DNA of 64,000 bases. Source: Mobula hypostoma (Eukaryota). Numbering within the stretch: position 1 is the stretch's first letter; the number at the start of each line of letters is the position of its first letter. The notes beneath the pieces were generated by a model. That model was given only the letters and a program-made list of their open reading frames with translations, was not told the DNA's origin and did not search any database. Location of the stretch: assembly GCF_963921235.1 (NCBI RefSeq), contig NC_086097.1, positions 87,918,001 to 87,982,000 on the forward strand, in the 5' to 3' direction. Position numbers and translations under genes: made by a program. Positions 13,401 to 26,047 of the stretch are shown here, piece after piece.

Positions 13401-15396
13401 ATCAACCTCACTCATATTGTCCTCACCATCATCAAGTTCCCTCTCATTGGTGAATACCGAAGAGAAGTATTCATTGAGGACCTCGCTCACTTCCACAGCC
13501 TCCAGGCACATCTTCCCACCTTTATCTCTAATCGGTCCTACCTTCACTCCTGTCATCCTTTTTTTCTTCACATAATTGAAGAATGCCTTGGGGCTTTCCT
13601 TTACCCTACTTGCCAAGGCCTTCTCATGCCCCCTTCTTGCTCTTCTCAGCCCCTTCTTATGCTCCTTTCTTGCTTCCCTATATTCCTCAATAGACCCATC
13701 TGATCCTTGCTTCCTAAACCTCATGTATGCTGCCTTCTTCCTCCTGACTAGATTTTCCACCTCACTTGTCACCCATGGTTCCTTCACTCTACCATTCTTT
13801 ATCTTCCTCACCGGGACAAATTTATCCCTAACGTCCCGCAAGAGATCTCTAAACATCGACCACATGTCCATAGTACATTTCCCTGCAAAAACATCATCCC
13901 AATTCACACCCGCAGGTTCTAGCCTTATAGCCTCATAATTTGCCTTTCCCCAATTAAAAATTTTCCTGTCCTCTTTGATTCTATCCTTTTCCATGATAAT
14001 GCTAAAGGCCAGGGAGCAGTGGTCACTGTCCCCCAGATGCTCACCCACTGAGAGATCTGTGACCTGACCCGGTTCATTACCTAGCACTAGATCTAGTATG
14101 GCAATCCCCCTGGTCAGCCAGTCCACATACTATGACAAGAATCCGTCCTGGACACACTTAACAAACTCTGCCCCATCTAAACCCTTGGAACTAATCAGGT
14201 GCCAATCAATATTAGGGAAGTTAAAGTCACCCATGATAACAACCCTGTTATTTTTGCACCTTTCCAAAATCTGCCTCCCAATCTGCTCCTCTGTATCTCT
14301 GCTGCTACCAGGGGGCCTATAGAATACCCCCAATAGAGTAACTGCTCCCTTCCCGTTCCTGACTTCCACCCATATTGACTCAAATGAGGATCCTGCTACA
14401 TTACCCACCCTTTCTGTAGCTGTAATAGTATCCCTGACCAGTAATGCCATCCCTCCTCCCCTTTTTCTGCCTTCTCTATCCCTTTTAAAGCACTGAAATC
14501 CAGGAATATTGAGAATCCATTCCTGCCCTGGTGCCAGCCAAGTCTCTGTAATGGCCACTACATCATAATTCCATGTATGTATCCAAGCTCTCAGTACCTT
14601 TGCTTCTTGCGTTGAGGTACACACATTTCAGCCCTTCTACCTTACTGTCTTTACACCGTTTATTCTGCTTCTCTTTCCTCAAAGCCTCCCTGTATGTTAG
14701 ATCTGGCTTTACTCCATGCACTTCTTTCACTGCTCTATCGCTCTGGGTCCCAACTCCCTCGCAAATTAGTTTAAACCCTCCCGAACCATGCTAGCAAACC
14801 TACCTGCAAGGATATTGCTCCCCCTCGAGTTCAGGTGCAACCCATCCAATCTGTACAGGTCCCACTTGCCCCAGAAGAGATCCTAATGATCTAAAAATCT
14901 AAAACCCTGCTCCCTGAACCAACTCCTCAGCCACGCATTCAACTGCCATCTCCTCCAATTCTTACCATCACTGTCCCGTAGCACTGGCAGCAATCCTGAG
15001 AACACCACCCTTGAGGTCCTGTTCGTCAGCCTTCTGCCTAGTTCCCGAAATTCACACGTCAGGACCTCATCACTCTTCCTGCCTATGTCGTTGGTCCCAA
15101 CATGTATCATGACTTCTGGTTGCTTTCCCTCTCGTACCAGGATGTCGTGCACCCGGTCATATGTGTCATATTAAAGAGGGATGAATACTTAATGCAATCA
15201 ATTATTTTCTGTTTTACATTTGTGATTAATTTAGATCTCTTTATTGAGAACTGTTTTCACTTAGACACAAGAGGTTTTTTTTTCTGTTGATCAGTGTCAA
15301 AAAAGCCAAATTAAATCCACTGTGATTCAACACTGTAAAAGAATAAAACATGAAAACTTCTGGGGGGTGGATGTTGAATACCTTTTCTAGACTCTG
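10474..15396 (-). mobile_element. Tc1-like DNA transposon (IR/DR type, about 220-bp TIRs), decayed transposase, interrupted by a CR1 insertion
   Basis: TA|CAGTGCC at 10472-10480 and ...ACTCTG|TA at 15391-15398. About 10474-10698 is the inverted repeat of about 15172-15396, each with an internal direct repeat (aagtattca..cc). The interior 10720-11650 resembles a decayed minus-strand Tc1 transposase. Confidence 0.85.
11807..15156 (-). mobile_element. Young 5'-truncated CR1 LINE (ORF1 esterase fragment, APE endonuclease, RT)
   Basis: 14883..15152 is SGNH-esterase-like (IHVGTNDIG). 14130..14624 is APE (AITETWL, MGDFNFP). 11968..13368 is a 466-aa uninterrupted RT (NYRPVSLTS, DFSKAFDKV, GVPQGSVLGP, KFADDTK). 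(ttctatg)n tail at about 11807-11825. Few lesions: stop at 14130, frameshift near 13370, W to stop at 11968. Confidence 0.96.
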
Positions 15397-15640
15397 TACA
15401 TCTGTCTTCATCTTTCTGTTAGCCTTATCATATAGTTATCATATACCAAGTGTTAGCCTTGGCTCAATGATCACCCTATCTGCTGAAAGTCATGAACTCA
15501 CGGCCATTTCTTTTAATGCTGTAATCTAGGCAAGTCCAATATGAAGAACCTGTTTGTAATTTTAAATGTCTCTTTTCTACCAAATGGAGAAATTCCAGCC
15601 CACTCAATAGTATCTCAAACTCACAATATCTTGATTCTGT

Positions 15641-15802
15641 TATAGAACATAGAATAGTGCAGCACAGTACAGGCCCCTTCGTTGTGTTGTGCCGACCCTG
15701 AAACCCTGCCTCCTATATAACCCCCCACCTTAAATTCCTCCATATACCTGTCTAGACGTCTCTTAAATTTCACTGGTGTATCTGCCTCCACCATGGACTC
15801 AG
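15641..15802 (-). mobile_element. CR1 3'-end fragment, same subfamily as 11807-15156
   Basis: tagaacatagaatagtgcagcacagtacaggccc...ttaaattcctccatatacctgtctag is nearly identical to 11810-11955. Confidence 0.88.
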
Positions 15803-15887
15803 TGTGGAAATTATTTATGCTTTAAAACACTGTGACCTAACCAAGTTTCAAACAAATTGAATTTTGCTGAATACACAGCAACACATA

Positions 15888-16449
15888 TGCTCAATTGCCA
15901 CTTTATAAAGTACACCTGTACGCCTGCTCATTAATGCAAATATCTAATCCATTCAATCACGTAGCAGTAACTCAGTATATTACAGCATGTGGAGATTGTC
16001 AAAAGGTTCAGTTGTTGTTCAGACCAACTCTCAGAATGGGGAAGAAATATGATCTTAGCGACTTTGACTGTGGAATGACTGTTGCTGCCAGATGGGGTGG
16101 TTTGAATATCTCAGAAAGTGCTGATCTCCTGGGCTTTTCACAAAAAACAGTCTCTATAGAGTTTACAGAGAATGGTGCGAAAAACAAAGAAAAAAACATC
16201 CAGTGAGCGGTGGTTCTGTGGGCAAAAACACCGTGTTAATGAGGGAGATCAGAGCAGAATGGCCAAGCTGGTTCAAACTGACAGGAAGACGACAATAACT
16301 CCAATAACTGCACGTTTCAACATTGGATGTGCAGAAGAGCATCTCTGAGTGCACAACATGTCGAACCCTGAAGTGGATGGGCTACAACAGCAGAACATCA
16401 CAAACGTACACTCAGTACAGGAAGTACCTAATAAAATGACCACTGAGTG
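15888..16449 (+). mobile_element. Internally deleted (non-autonomous) Tc1-like transposon
   Basis: TA-flanked imperfect TIRs of about 26 bp (tgctcaattgccactttataaagtac / gtacctaataaaatgaccactgagtg). Retains only the HTH N-terminus MGKKYDLSDFDCGMTVAARWGGLNISESADLLGFS. Confidence 0.85.
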
Positions 16450-16930
16450 TATTTACTATATCTAAATATAGAGTCATAGAGCCCTGCAGCATCGAAACAG
16501 GCCCCTCAGCTGACCTTCCCACCTGATCTTCAGCCTAGTCCAATGTACCTGCACCTGACCATATTCCTCCAAACCCCTTCATCCATTTACCTATCCTAGC
16601 TTCTTTTAAATGTTACAATTTAGCCTGCATCTACCATGCTTGCTGGCAGCCTGTTCCGCATTCCAACTGAGTGCAGATTCCTCTTAAATAATTCACTTTT
16701 CATCATAAACCTAATACCTCTAGCTCTTGTCTTAGCCAATGAGTCACCATTATTTAGTTTAGCAGTTTCAGGTAATGTGGTCATGGGGTTGGCTGTGCTT
16801 TTCTGCATCAGCATTTCTGGAATCGTATCAGTCATTTCACCATGAACATTAGATAATTCGGTGAGATGTTTGAGTTGCTCAAAAGAGCTACATAAATGCA
16901 AATATTGTTTCTTCCTCCGCTGCTATCTCT

Positions 16931-17024
16931 CCATGAAGAAGTGTCTCGTTCTGAAACGTCGACTATCTATTCATTTCCATAGATGCTGCCTGACCTGCTG
17001 AGTTCTTCTAGCATTTTGTGTGTG
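16931..17024 (+). mobile_element. Short Penelope-tail-derived repeat with degenerate hammerhead motif
   Basis: catgaagaagtgtctcgttctgaaacgtcgact...agatgctgcctgacctgctgagttcttctagcattttgtgtgtg. Confidence 0.78.
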
Positions 17025-17269
17025 GTACTACCTCTGCATTGTCCTTTCTCTCATTCAGAGTAGAAAGAACAACACGAAAAAAATCGGTTGACCGATCACA
17101 ACCCAGTCCTAGTTGGTCCATATAATCTGTTCAAGTATGAGTAGATTTACTCTGTGATAATCTCTTATTTAGTACAGCCTGCCCTACTTACTGGGCATGT
17201 CCTATAGTCCTGCTATTCGGAAGAGATAACAGAAACAAAGAAACATAATCTGCTATAACTGCCTTATTA

Positions 17270-17450
17270 AGTCAGCTGGTCTTGCCTCCTCTGAGAATAT
17301 TTCCTTTGCTCTGCCCATCTTCTCTGCCACGAAAATTCTTCCCCACTCTGATGAAGAGACACAACTGAAACGTTTATCTTTTGACAGATGCTACCTGACT
17401 TGCTCAGTGTTTTGTGTTTCTGTTTCTGACTTGGGGCACTGCATTCATTC
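17270..17450 (+). mobile_element. Older Penelope-tail-like repeat with hammerhead-like core
   Basis: CTGATGA (17348-17354)...GAAACGTT...acagatgctacctgacttgctcagtg. Confidence 0.55.
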
Positions 17451-17795
17451 TTTTTTTTTGTAAATTTTATGGACTGTCTTTAAAAAGTCTTTTCAAGGTT
17501 AAGGTGGAATTTTTCATGCAAGAAGAGAGGGGGAATAAGAACTAAAAAAAAATGGAATTGTTATTTTATTACTCCAATCTAAGAGATTGGTTTGACAAAA
17601 TTGCAAGTGACATGCTTGTGAGGGAAAACGTATCAAGAATATGCATGTAAAGATAAGAAAATTACTTTTTAAAAATTAATTTCCAAATGTTCCCTTCAAC
17701 TGCCTTGCATGTTTAGACAGTTCAAGGTCTGTGTCTTTGATGTCTGGCCTGTGTATGAAATGTTTCTGACTTGCCTGCACTTTTTCTTGACCTAG

Positions 17796-18015
17796 CCTTC
17801 GCTGCCAGACACACCAACCACAAGGAAGCCACTGCACCGGACACTGTCAGATGAGAGCATTTACAGTGGCCAAAGAGAGCCGTCGTACTCCAATTCGCAT
17901 GTGTCGCTTTTGGACCAAGCCCTACCCAATGATGTCATTTTCTCCAGCACCTACCCATCCCTGCACTACACACTGCCAGGCCGTAAGCATGGACAGTCGA
18001 TAAAATCCCATCATG
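17796..18015 (+). CDS. SIPA1L1: Coding exon of SIPA1L1-like gene (SPAR_C region)
   Basis: Acceptor tttttcttgacctAG, donor ATG|gtgggt. Translates [56 protein letters not shown]..., containing the family motifs [10 protein letters not shown] and DQALPNDV(L/I)FSST. 220 nt, phase 0 to 1. Confidence 0.93.
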
Positions 18016-19047
18016 GTGGGTTGTGTTCTCAGGCCCCTCCTCTATTGTTTTGTCTGAGTTAAAACAATTAGTAGTTCACTTTCTTCTATTTATTCGGCCT
18101 AATCAAGTTTCATATTCTGATCTTTACCCTCCTGGAAACACAGATCTGTTTTGGGGTGTAGTGCCAATGAAGCCAGCTGCCCCTGATACCTCTCCACATC
18201 TGTCAGGAACAGTAAAAATCAGGATACCAGTCAACAAGCGGCATCACTTTCAAGGATTTTACCTGAGCTCTACGGCAATCTCCAGCATTAGTTTTTGTGT
18301 GGTGATGGGGAACAAGAATCCACAATGAGCTTTGAACTATTTCTTGCAATTCAGAGATCCTTGGAGTCAATAATAGCTCTTCTATTGTCTCACGTTCAAT
18401 TAAAGGACAATAGAGGATTAAATTATGGATTTTCAGCTTCAGCTGAATTGGAGCCCACGTTTTTAGATAGCCACGTACCAATCTTAGCAGAAGTTAAACT
18501 AGTCCTTTATTACAATGGGAATTTGTAAAAAAGTGCATTTTTAACTTTCTATTTTGTTTCTAAATTTTGATTTGTTACCAATTTCTCTGATTCGGCCTTC
18601 AATAGCTTAAATATTCTGAACAGTAAATATTCTTTAATAGTTGCCAGCAACAGTTCATGAAAGGAAGAATTAATAAAATCATTCAAAAATGGTTACCGAG
18701 CTGCTGAAGAGCAGGATGTTTGTGGTGATCTGTATGACGAAAGTGAGAGCATCATTTTGATACCATCCATCTTGCCTCCTGTATCTTGGAGAGGGTAAGG
18801 GATGAAATAACCCACCAGCCGCTCTCTAACAAAGAATGCTACAAGCATCTGTAACAGAAAAAAAAATAGAAAACAGAGAATAGAAAAAAAAACAAAGATA
18901 CCACTGAGATCAACTGACAAGACTGAAGCTCATTCCTCTGTCTGGGATTGGTTTGTTCTTCTAAAGCCCATTTCAAATCATTCCTTGATTTGTAAAAAGG
19001 GGCATTATCTGTAATGTTAGGTTAATGTTGTGCAATTTATCCCTCAG

Positions 19048-19194
19048 TTGAATTGTCTGCCTCTGATGGGTCGCTGTCTGACATTCATGAAAGAAGACGG
19101 CAGCCACTGCCGGATCCAGGCCTTATGCCCCTGCCGGATACTGCCATGGGCTTGGAGTGGTCAAACCTTGTGGATGCTGCAAAGGCATATGAAG
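19048..19194 (+). CDS. SIPA1L1: Coding exon of SIPA1L1-like gene (SPAR_C region)
   Basis: Acceptor tttatccctcAG, donor AAG|gtaatg. Translates (V)[48 protein letters not shown], with the hallmark [12 protein letters not shown](D/E)[12 protein letters not shown]. 147 nt, phase 1 to 1. Confidence 0.95.
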
Positions 19195-20940
19195 GTAATG
19201 TGTGTGCTTGTTTGTGACCATTAAACTCCTGTGTACCGTGCAGTGTATTGTTCCTTGTCCGCCAGATATAGAAAAAAAAACTACCATTTTATTTGCTGCA
19301 GTTGATTGCTGACCCAAATGTGCTTTTACCTTATTGCCTGGCATGGATGCAGGGGCATGACAGGAGATCGTCTACTTGTTTGTTCCCTACTCATGCATCT
19401 GAACTTTGCTACCAGTCTAAAATCCATGCAGACACGTGGTGACAGATTCTGCTGCTCTTGTGTGTTTCTTACAGTGGCCACTCTGCAGTCTATTATCAAG
19501 ATCTATAGCTCAAAACATAAGACTGTTCAGTCCATTAATTATTTATAGAACCCCAACACTTTGCACAATGAATGTATGCTATCTTATTTCTGGAATTACT
19601 TTTGTTCACGATGTGTTATGTTAATCATAGCTTTCCCATAGATATTGGAGATTTTCACCATGGTTCTATAATCCAATGTGCAATATTCACCCTATTCTGT
19701 ACAACAGAAGCGCACTGACTTTCAGTTCTTTTATCAGATCACAAGATGACTGATCTGACATAAAGTCTATAGATGGTAACTTATTTTGTTTAAGAAGCTC
19801 TACTGAATGCACAATTGAGCATCAATAGTCATTGACACACAGTGCCAACATCTTTTATGAAGCAATCACTATGTGAACAGAAACTGTGCACCTTTTTCCC
19901 AATCTTTGGGCAATTGCAGCCATCTCTAACATTGATATTTACCCAGATTCCCACTGTATGACTTTCAGTGCAGAAACTGATGTGATCTATGTTCAATGAC
20001 TTAATCTTCTGCAGGACTGTCTGTGACAAATAACAGTGAGTTAATTGAAGTGGAAGATAAAGGAAGCTAGTGAAATCACTTTTTTTTCCCCATTCAGGAT
20101 TCTGTTAAACTTGCAAGGTTCACACAGTGCCAGTTTCCATCATATTGGGATAGTGCTGTGAAGTTGGTACAGGCTATTAATCTCTGACTGAACTCAGTGT
20201 GAACTCTGTTAACTAACTACACCTTCAGCACTTTCTGGGGCATAAAGATAATATCCAAAAAAAACCCTTTAGGCTATCTTGCAGAAATTGCAGAAAAGAA
20301 AGAGCAGTTTCGCATAGGTTAGTAATTGTAATATGAATTACTTGTCTCATCAAGGGTTTTATAAAAGCCACAGTTGAACAAACATTCAGATAGTATCTCA
20401 ATATCAGCATATGTCTGTCTTTGTTTGTTTAATACCCTGGTTGAACAAGGTCTTTCCAGTTTCTCAGCATTTTCTTAGTTTCTCTTTTGGTATAAACAGG
20501 CAGAACAGTGCAAATTCTGCACCTGTGGCCTTGCTGTGCTGACATTATCCCATTTCCAGTGTAAATGAGGACATAGAGGCCAAGAGGAGTAATTGAACTT
20601 GTGAAATGCAACCCAGGAATTGGCTGTGGCAGGAGCCTAGCTTCGGAGAAAGTAGTGTTCAGAATGAATGTAACAATTGGAAGAAACAAGTGTTCAAAAA
20701 CCTCAAGTGAATCAGTAAAATAAATGTGTTATTTAACACATGATGAGCATGTGATTTAGCAATTCTGCTCTTCCGAGATATCTTGTGCTGTTGGCAATTT
20801 TGTTAACAGTTTAAAACAGGAGAATTTGGGGGGGCAGGGGGCAAGTGAAATTCCAGCTACACTTTAATTACCTCCTGAGTGGTTGCACTGAAATTGTTGG
20901 TGGTTAGTGTCCACACAACACACAGCTCCACCTGTAAATA

Positions 20941-21749
20941 CAGTGGATTCTAGTTAACTGAGACATGTCGAGACCAATACATTTTGGCCCAAGGTAGCTG
21001 CCCCAATTTGCTGAAGTTTCATGGAAATAGTTTAGAAGTATAAAAAAAAGACAAACTACCATTTAACTCAGTAGCAACTTATGTATTTAAATAAAAAACA
21101 GAACAAATTAGAACACTACTTGTACTGTACAATAAAACTGTGTTAGTTCCTAATAGTTACCAGCAGAGGAATTCATTCGGTGCATGCTGCTGTGTTCTTT
21201 TGATTGACTGTAACTGAATGAAATCAGTGTGAACTGCTTTCATACAATGCTTTCAACGAATACATTCTTCCAAGTATTCATTTTCATTGTAACATTCAAG
21301 ATGATTGTTAATATCTTCAAATTCTTCTTATTTCCTAATTTGTTGGAGTAGTGAAATCGTTTCATTTTCACTCCTGGTGTTTCTGGCATCTCCCAAGCCT
21401 AAATACTTGAAACTGCAGGGAGGAAAACAGTTCTGAATTCTCTTGCAGCTTATTTCTTGCCAACTACCAGTGACAAAAATCACTGCTTTTTGAACACAAA
21501 CAAATGACGCTATTTTTAAAACTATTTGCTCTAAGCATGGTGTAGTGTTCAACAGCCACGCGCATTCACATGACTGACGCTAGTTGGAATCTGTTCAGCA
21601 ACATCTTCTGTCCCAATTAAGCATCAGAGTGTCCCAAGTAAACGAAGGGAATCCTGGAAATTTCCTCAATGAAGGTTTGTTCTTCAAGTGTAATCCCAAA
21701 TAAGCGGCTGCCCCAATTAACTGATGGCCCAATTAACCGAAATCCACTC
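20941..21749 (-). mobile_element. Tigger/pogo-like non-autonomous DNA transposon
   Basis: TA|cagtggattctagttaa ... ttaaccgaaatccactc|TA inverted termini and repeated gctgccccaatt subterminal motifs. Minus ORF 21328..21552 has SWQEISCKRIQNCF, resembling the pogo/Tigger transposase C-terminal W...I.NCF motif. Confidence 0.75.
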
Positions 21750-23494
21750 TAGCATCTTTCATACTTAGATCACTGTTTCAATTAGATGTTTCTGTTTAAA
21801 GCTACAGTCTTCCATTTGAAAATTCTTTGTACATTTATTAAAAAATGTCATTTTTATACTTGAGATACCTAGTAATTTCTGGTCTAATCAGATCAGGATA
21901 TGCGGTGGGTGTTCTTCTGCACCAAAAATATTATATTCCACAAATACCCTAGGAATAACTTGGAATTATTAAAGATGGGCTGGGGAACTACAAGAGCTCC
22001 TTTTTAAACTAATGTGCTGGGATCACAAGTATCTATGAGAATATGCAGGCAACTCTTAATCTTGTGCCAAACACTACTCTAGATTGCCAGACACATGAAT
22101 CAAGAATCTAAGAAAATAGGAGGAGAGGTACAGCAATCAGCCTCTCGCGTCTGCCTCAGCATTCAATGTGATTATGACTGACGTCTCGTTTCCTCTTCTT
22201 TAAATATTCCAAGTGGTGATGCCTCTGCCTCCTCCAGGATGGTGAATTCCAGAGATTCCTCAACCTCTGCAAGAAATTCAGAAAGAATCCCATCCCATAT
22301 AAAAGAAGAACTTCATGACCTCATAAAAGCTAGATGGGAGTTAATTTGTCTAGTTCTTTATTTGCCACTTCCTATGATCTTAACCACATTGAACACATTT
22401 TTACTTAACCAATACTGCTACTTCCCCAACCACTAACCAAGATGTTATTGATGTCCCACTTTTACTAACAGGAACTTCTAGTTGCTCTTTCTCTCTCTGT
22501 GTTAAATTTATTCTGTGCTCCTGTTCTGCCACTAAATGGCATTCAGTAAAGGTGTACTTTGATAAGCCAGGACTGATTCAGACCAGGAGCTTTCTTCTGA
22601 TTGCTTGCTATCTGATTACCAGTATATTTGCCAGCTGATTGTGTTCTGTGAATTTTTATTGTAGGGTCTCATGTTCTTTCAACAGAGAGGTACACAAACA
22701 TTATGCTGTGACTTGATATTAAGAAGTCTGAGAACTAGGATCTGAACAATTCTCTCTTATGCTCCTGGATGTATTAAATTCCCGAAGGCCTTCAAGAATT
22801 GTAAATTTGTTACCATGCTACTTTAAGAAGTTGTGTAGTCCATTGGTTGTGTATCTGAGGGTTATGGGAAGTTTGCCCATAATATTTAGAAGCAGCTTAC
22901 AGTTTCACATAGTAAAGGCTTAGATTAGTAGTGTTTCATTGTTTGCCAGGCTTATCTGATCTTGGCCAATTCTCAGTGCCTTTGGAAAATCTTTAGTTCC
23001 TTTACAAAAGAATACAGTACAAAAGTCAGTGCAATATAATAATATGATATAATCTGAAGGTTTGTATAATATGTTACACAATGAAATTGGCATCTGGTGT
23101 CCAAGGCACAATCTTTAATTTTCTTAGCAATTGTATGAGTTTCTTTTTCTTTACCATTTTTATGTTGTAAAGAAAACCAAATTGGGGTCCACAAATGTTC
23201 TATTATGAATTGTAAAACATTCATATTAAAAGTGATATGATACGTCTTAGTATCTATGTAAATGTGCAGAGTTGAGTAGCATTTTTTGATAATTATAATC
23301 ATTGAATGCTTCCAGTTCCACAGTATTGTTTATCAGCAGTCAGTAAAGTCTGAGAGTGCACTTTTGATCGGTGGCTGGCCAGGAAGGTGAATCACAGCCA
23401 TATCCCAGCACCATACCCATCTATAGAGTTTAGGAAACCCAGTGCACTGCACTTGCAACGTCAACACACTTTTACTCAAAATGTGAAACTTTTA

Positions 23495-24310
23495 AAATAA
23501 AAACAGAAAATGCTGGGAATGCATGTTAGGTAGCTTCTACAGAAAGAGAAATGGGGCTAGCAGATCATGACATAAACCTTTCATTAGATCTGGCAAGGAA
23601 GGAAAACAAGAAAGGTTTAAGAAGCAGATAATCATAGGGAAAGGACAGATAGCACAAAGGAAATATCCAGCCATGGTTGCTATGTTGATAGCACCATCTG
23701 ATTGATAGGTTAGTGGAGAAAGTTGTAGATTGAAAGCAGAACTGAGCATATCAAAGCTGTAAAATGCAAGTCAAAGCCATGGGAAATGCCTAAGCAATCA
23801 GGCAGTGACAGTGAAAAGGGTGGGGGGGGGGAATAGCTTATTTTATAGGTGCACAATCTATAACAGAACCAGCCAGTTCTAACTCAAGCAGTGAAGGTGA
23901 GTTATCTCAAGTTGTTAAAGTCAATGTTAAGCCTAGAATGCTGCAAAATGTCTGGAGGGAAAAATGGGGTGCTGTATACAGTGGGTCTCATTGGAACAGT
24001 ACAGGAAGCAACAGACAGCTTGGAACGGGATAGAGAATTAAAAAGAGTTTTCTGCACTTTCCCATGCAAAGGTAGGAGATGAAACGCTGTCTCTTGCCTT
24101 ACCACATGCAGGAACCCAGACAGTCCTTCCAGCTTTTTCCAGCAATTTACTTGCATTTCTTCCAATCTAGTGTACTGCATTCAGTGCTCACAATGTGGTC
24201 TCTGTACAGTCTGTAACCAGTTTCAGATCTAGTGGACACTGATGCAACCCTAAGCTTCCAATAGCCTGCTGTCTTAATTCTCCAACCTGCTATCACTGAC
24301 CTATCTGTCA
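23495..24310. mobile_element. Old Penelope-like element with inverted halves
   Basis: Minus part (about 23495-24040) ends LNIDFNNLR* plus a PLE tail. Plus part (about 24050-24310) encodes FTCISSNLVYCIQCSQCG (GIY-YIG N-terminus). Confidence 0.65.
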
Positions 24311-25499
24311 GCCCAGACCTTTTGTTTTCATACAGAAAAGGTAGTTGATTCTACTGTCTATTTTACAAAATGCGGCAATTAATTCCTCTATTTTTTAAAT
24401 AACAAAGTTGGTAATTTTAGATATTTCTTGCAGATTGACCAAGCTCATTATTTTCCTCAGTGGCATTGGAGAGAGGTTTGTCCAATAGACTGCCTGGGCT
24501 GTTGAATGAAGAGTAGGTGTACATTTCTCCCTGCTGCCTTCAGGGAGAAGTTGAATTTGTTTTAAACGCACAGCATCACCAAGGCCTATTATCTGGCATT
24601 TAGCCATGCATTGTACTCAAATGGGGTTGAGAGGGAAAATAAATCAGACCTGACAAAATGGTGGAGTAGACTCAATGGGTCGAATGGTCTAATTCTGCTG
24701 CTTTATTTTATGAGTTTATGGAAACCACTACTTCCTGATTCAGAAGCAACAGTACTTCTGCGAAACCATACTTGCATATGTATCTTCACTGATTCCTTCA
24801 AATCCTTCAGATAGACACTGAGTCACAAGTATCAGAACCCTTGTCTTGTATAACTGGAAACAGGTGATTCACAAACAGCTCAAAAATTGAAGGAGCAGAA
24901 TAATACTTGATGTGCTACTTGATGAACACAGTGTGGAAAAATTTCTGAACAGCATTATACAACTGTATTTCTTCATTAGGGAAATTGTTAACCTTAGCAT
25001 TATATAATACCAAGGTTAATACATTCTTTAAAGAAGTTTTGAACCTCATAAGACTATGTGAGTTGGGGGGGGGTGGGGGAGAAAACTCAATTTTTCCAAT
25101 CTTTTGGAATCCAGTGGTTTAGCATTTGATTCTTCTTGTTGCTTCCCAAATTCCCTTCAACCTCACTGTCCCTGTTCCCATGCTCCCTTCAGACAAAACC
25201 AAGGCCCTGTGTCCTTGATCACGGTACCTTCACTGAAAATCTATTATATATCGATGTATAAAAACTGAGAAAAATGAATTTAAAATATATTGAAGCATTA
25301 AGTAATATCCAGTAGTTTGGAAGGCCTGCAGTCCCTGCACCTCTAAGTCATTGGATTGCTAGATTATTTGAGCCTTACTATATTGGTCATAATTTTTAGT
25401 GAAAGTTCATGTTGGTGATGGAGTCGTATAGAGAAACTAAGTCTATCAGCCCAGAAAGTCTTTGCAGACCACCAGCTCCTCCCCACCCTCTACATTAAC

Positions 25500-25808
25500 A
25501 GCATCCGTTAGTCTTGTGAGACCATGGAGCTGTGCCTGGAAAGTCTTCACTCTCCAGGGCACAGGCCTGGGCAAGGTTGTATGGAAGACCAGCAGTTGCC
25601 CATGCTGCAAGTGTCCTCTCTCCACGACACCAATGTTGTCCAAGGGAAGGGCATTAGGACTCATACAGCTTGGCACCAGTGTCGTCACAGAGCAATGTGT
25701 GATTAAGTGCCTTGCTCAAGGACACAACACGTTGCCTCTGCTGGGGCTCGAACTCACAACCTTCAGGTCGCTAGTCCAGTGCCTTAACCACTTGGCCACG
25801 TGCCCACA
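25500..25808 (-). mobile_element. tRNA-derived SINE (family B) with intact A and B boxes
   Basis: Reverse strand has TGGCCAAGTGG (A box) and GAGTTCGAGCC (B box), then gtgttgtgtccttgagcaaggcacttaa. Near-identical copy at 61261-61550. Confidence 0.85.
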
Positions 25809-26047
25809 CCCAATCATTAACAGCAATGCTACATTAATCCCATTTCTACTTTTTCTACTTTCCCACTGCTCTCTCCCCCACAAATTCTCTCTCTCTCTTC
25901 TACATCCTGGGGTAATTTACAATGGCTAATGAACCAGCCAGCAGGACTTTTGAAACTGGAAATCATGTCTTCTTGTGTCACACTAATAGATTTGGATTTC
26001 CTCTCAGGATCAGCATGCTCATTTCTCCTCCACATTTTTGTCATGGG

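Noticed and set aside
25740..25808. tRNA-like sequences here and at 61261, 63188, 8038 and 26048
   Set aside because: They have A/B boxes but continue into repeated SINE bodies and lack a complete cloverleaf and terminator, so they are SINE heads rather than tRNA genes.
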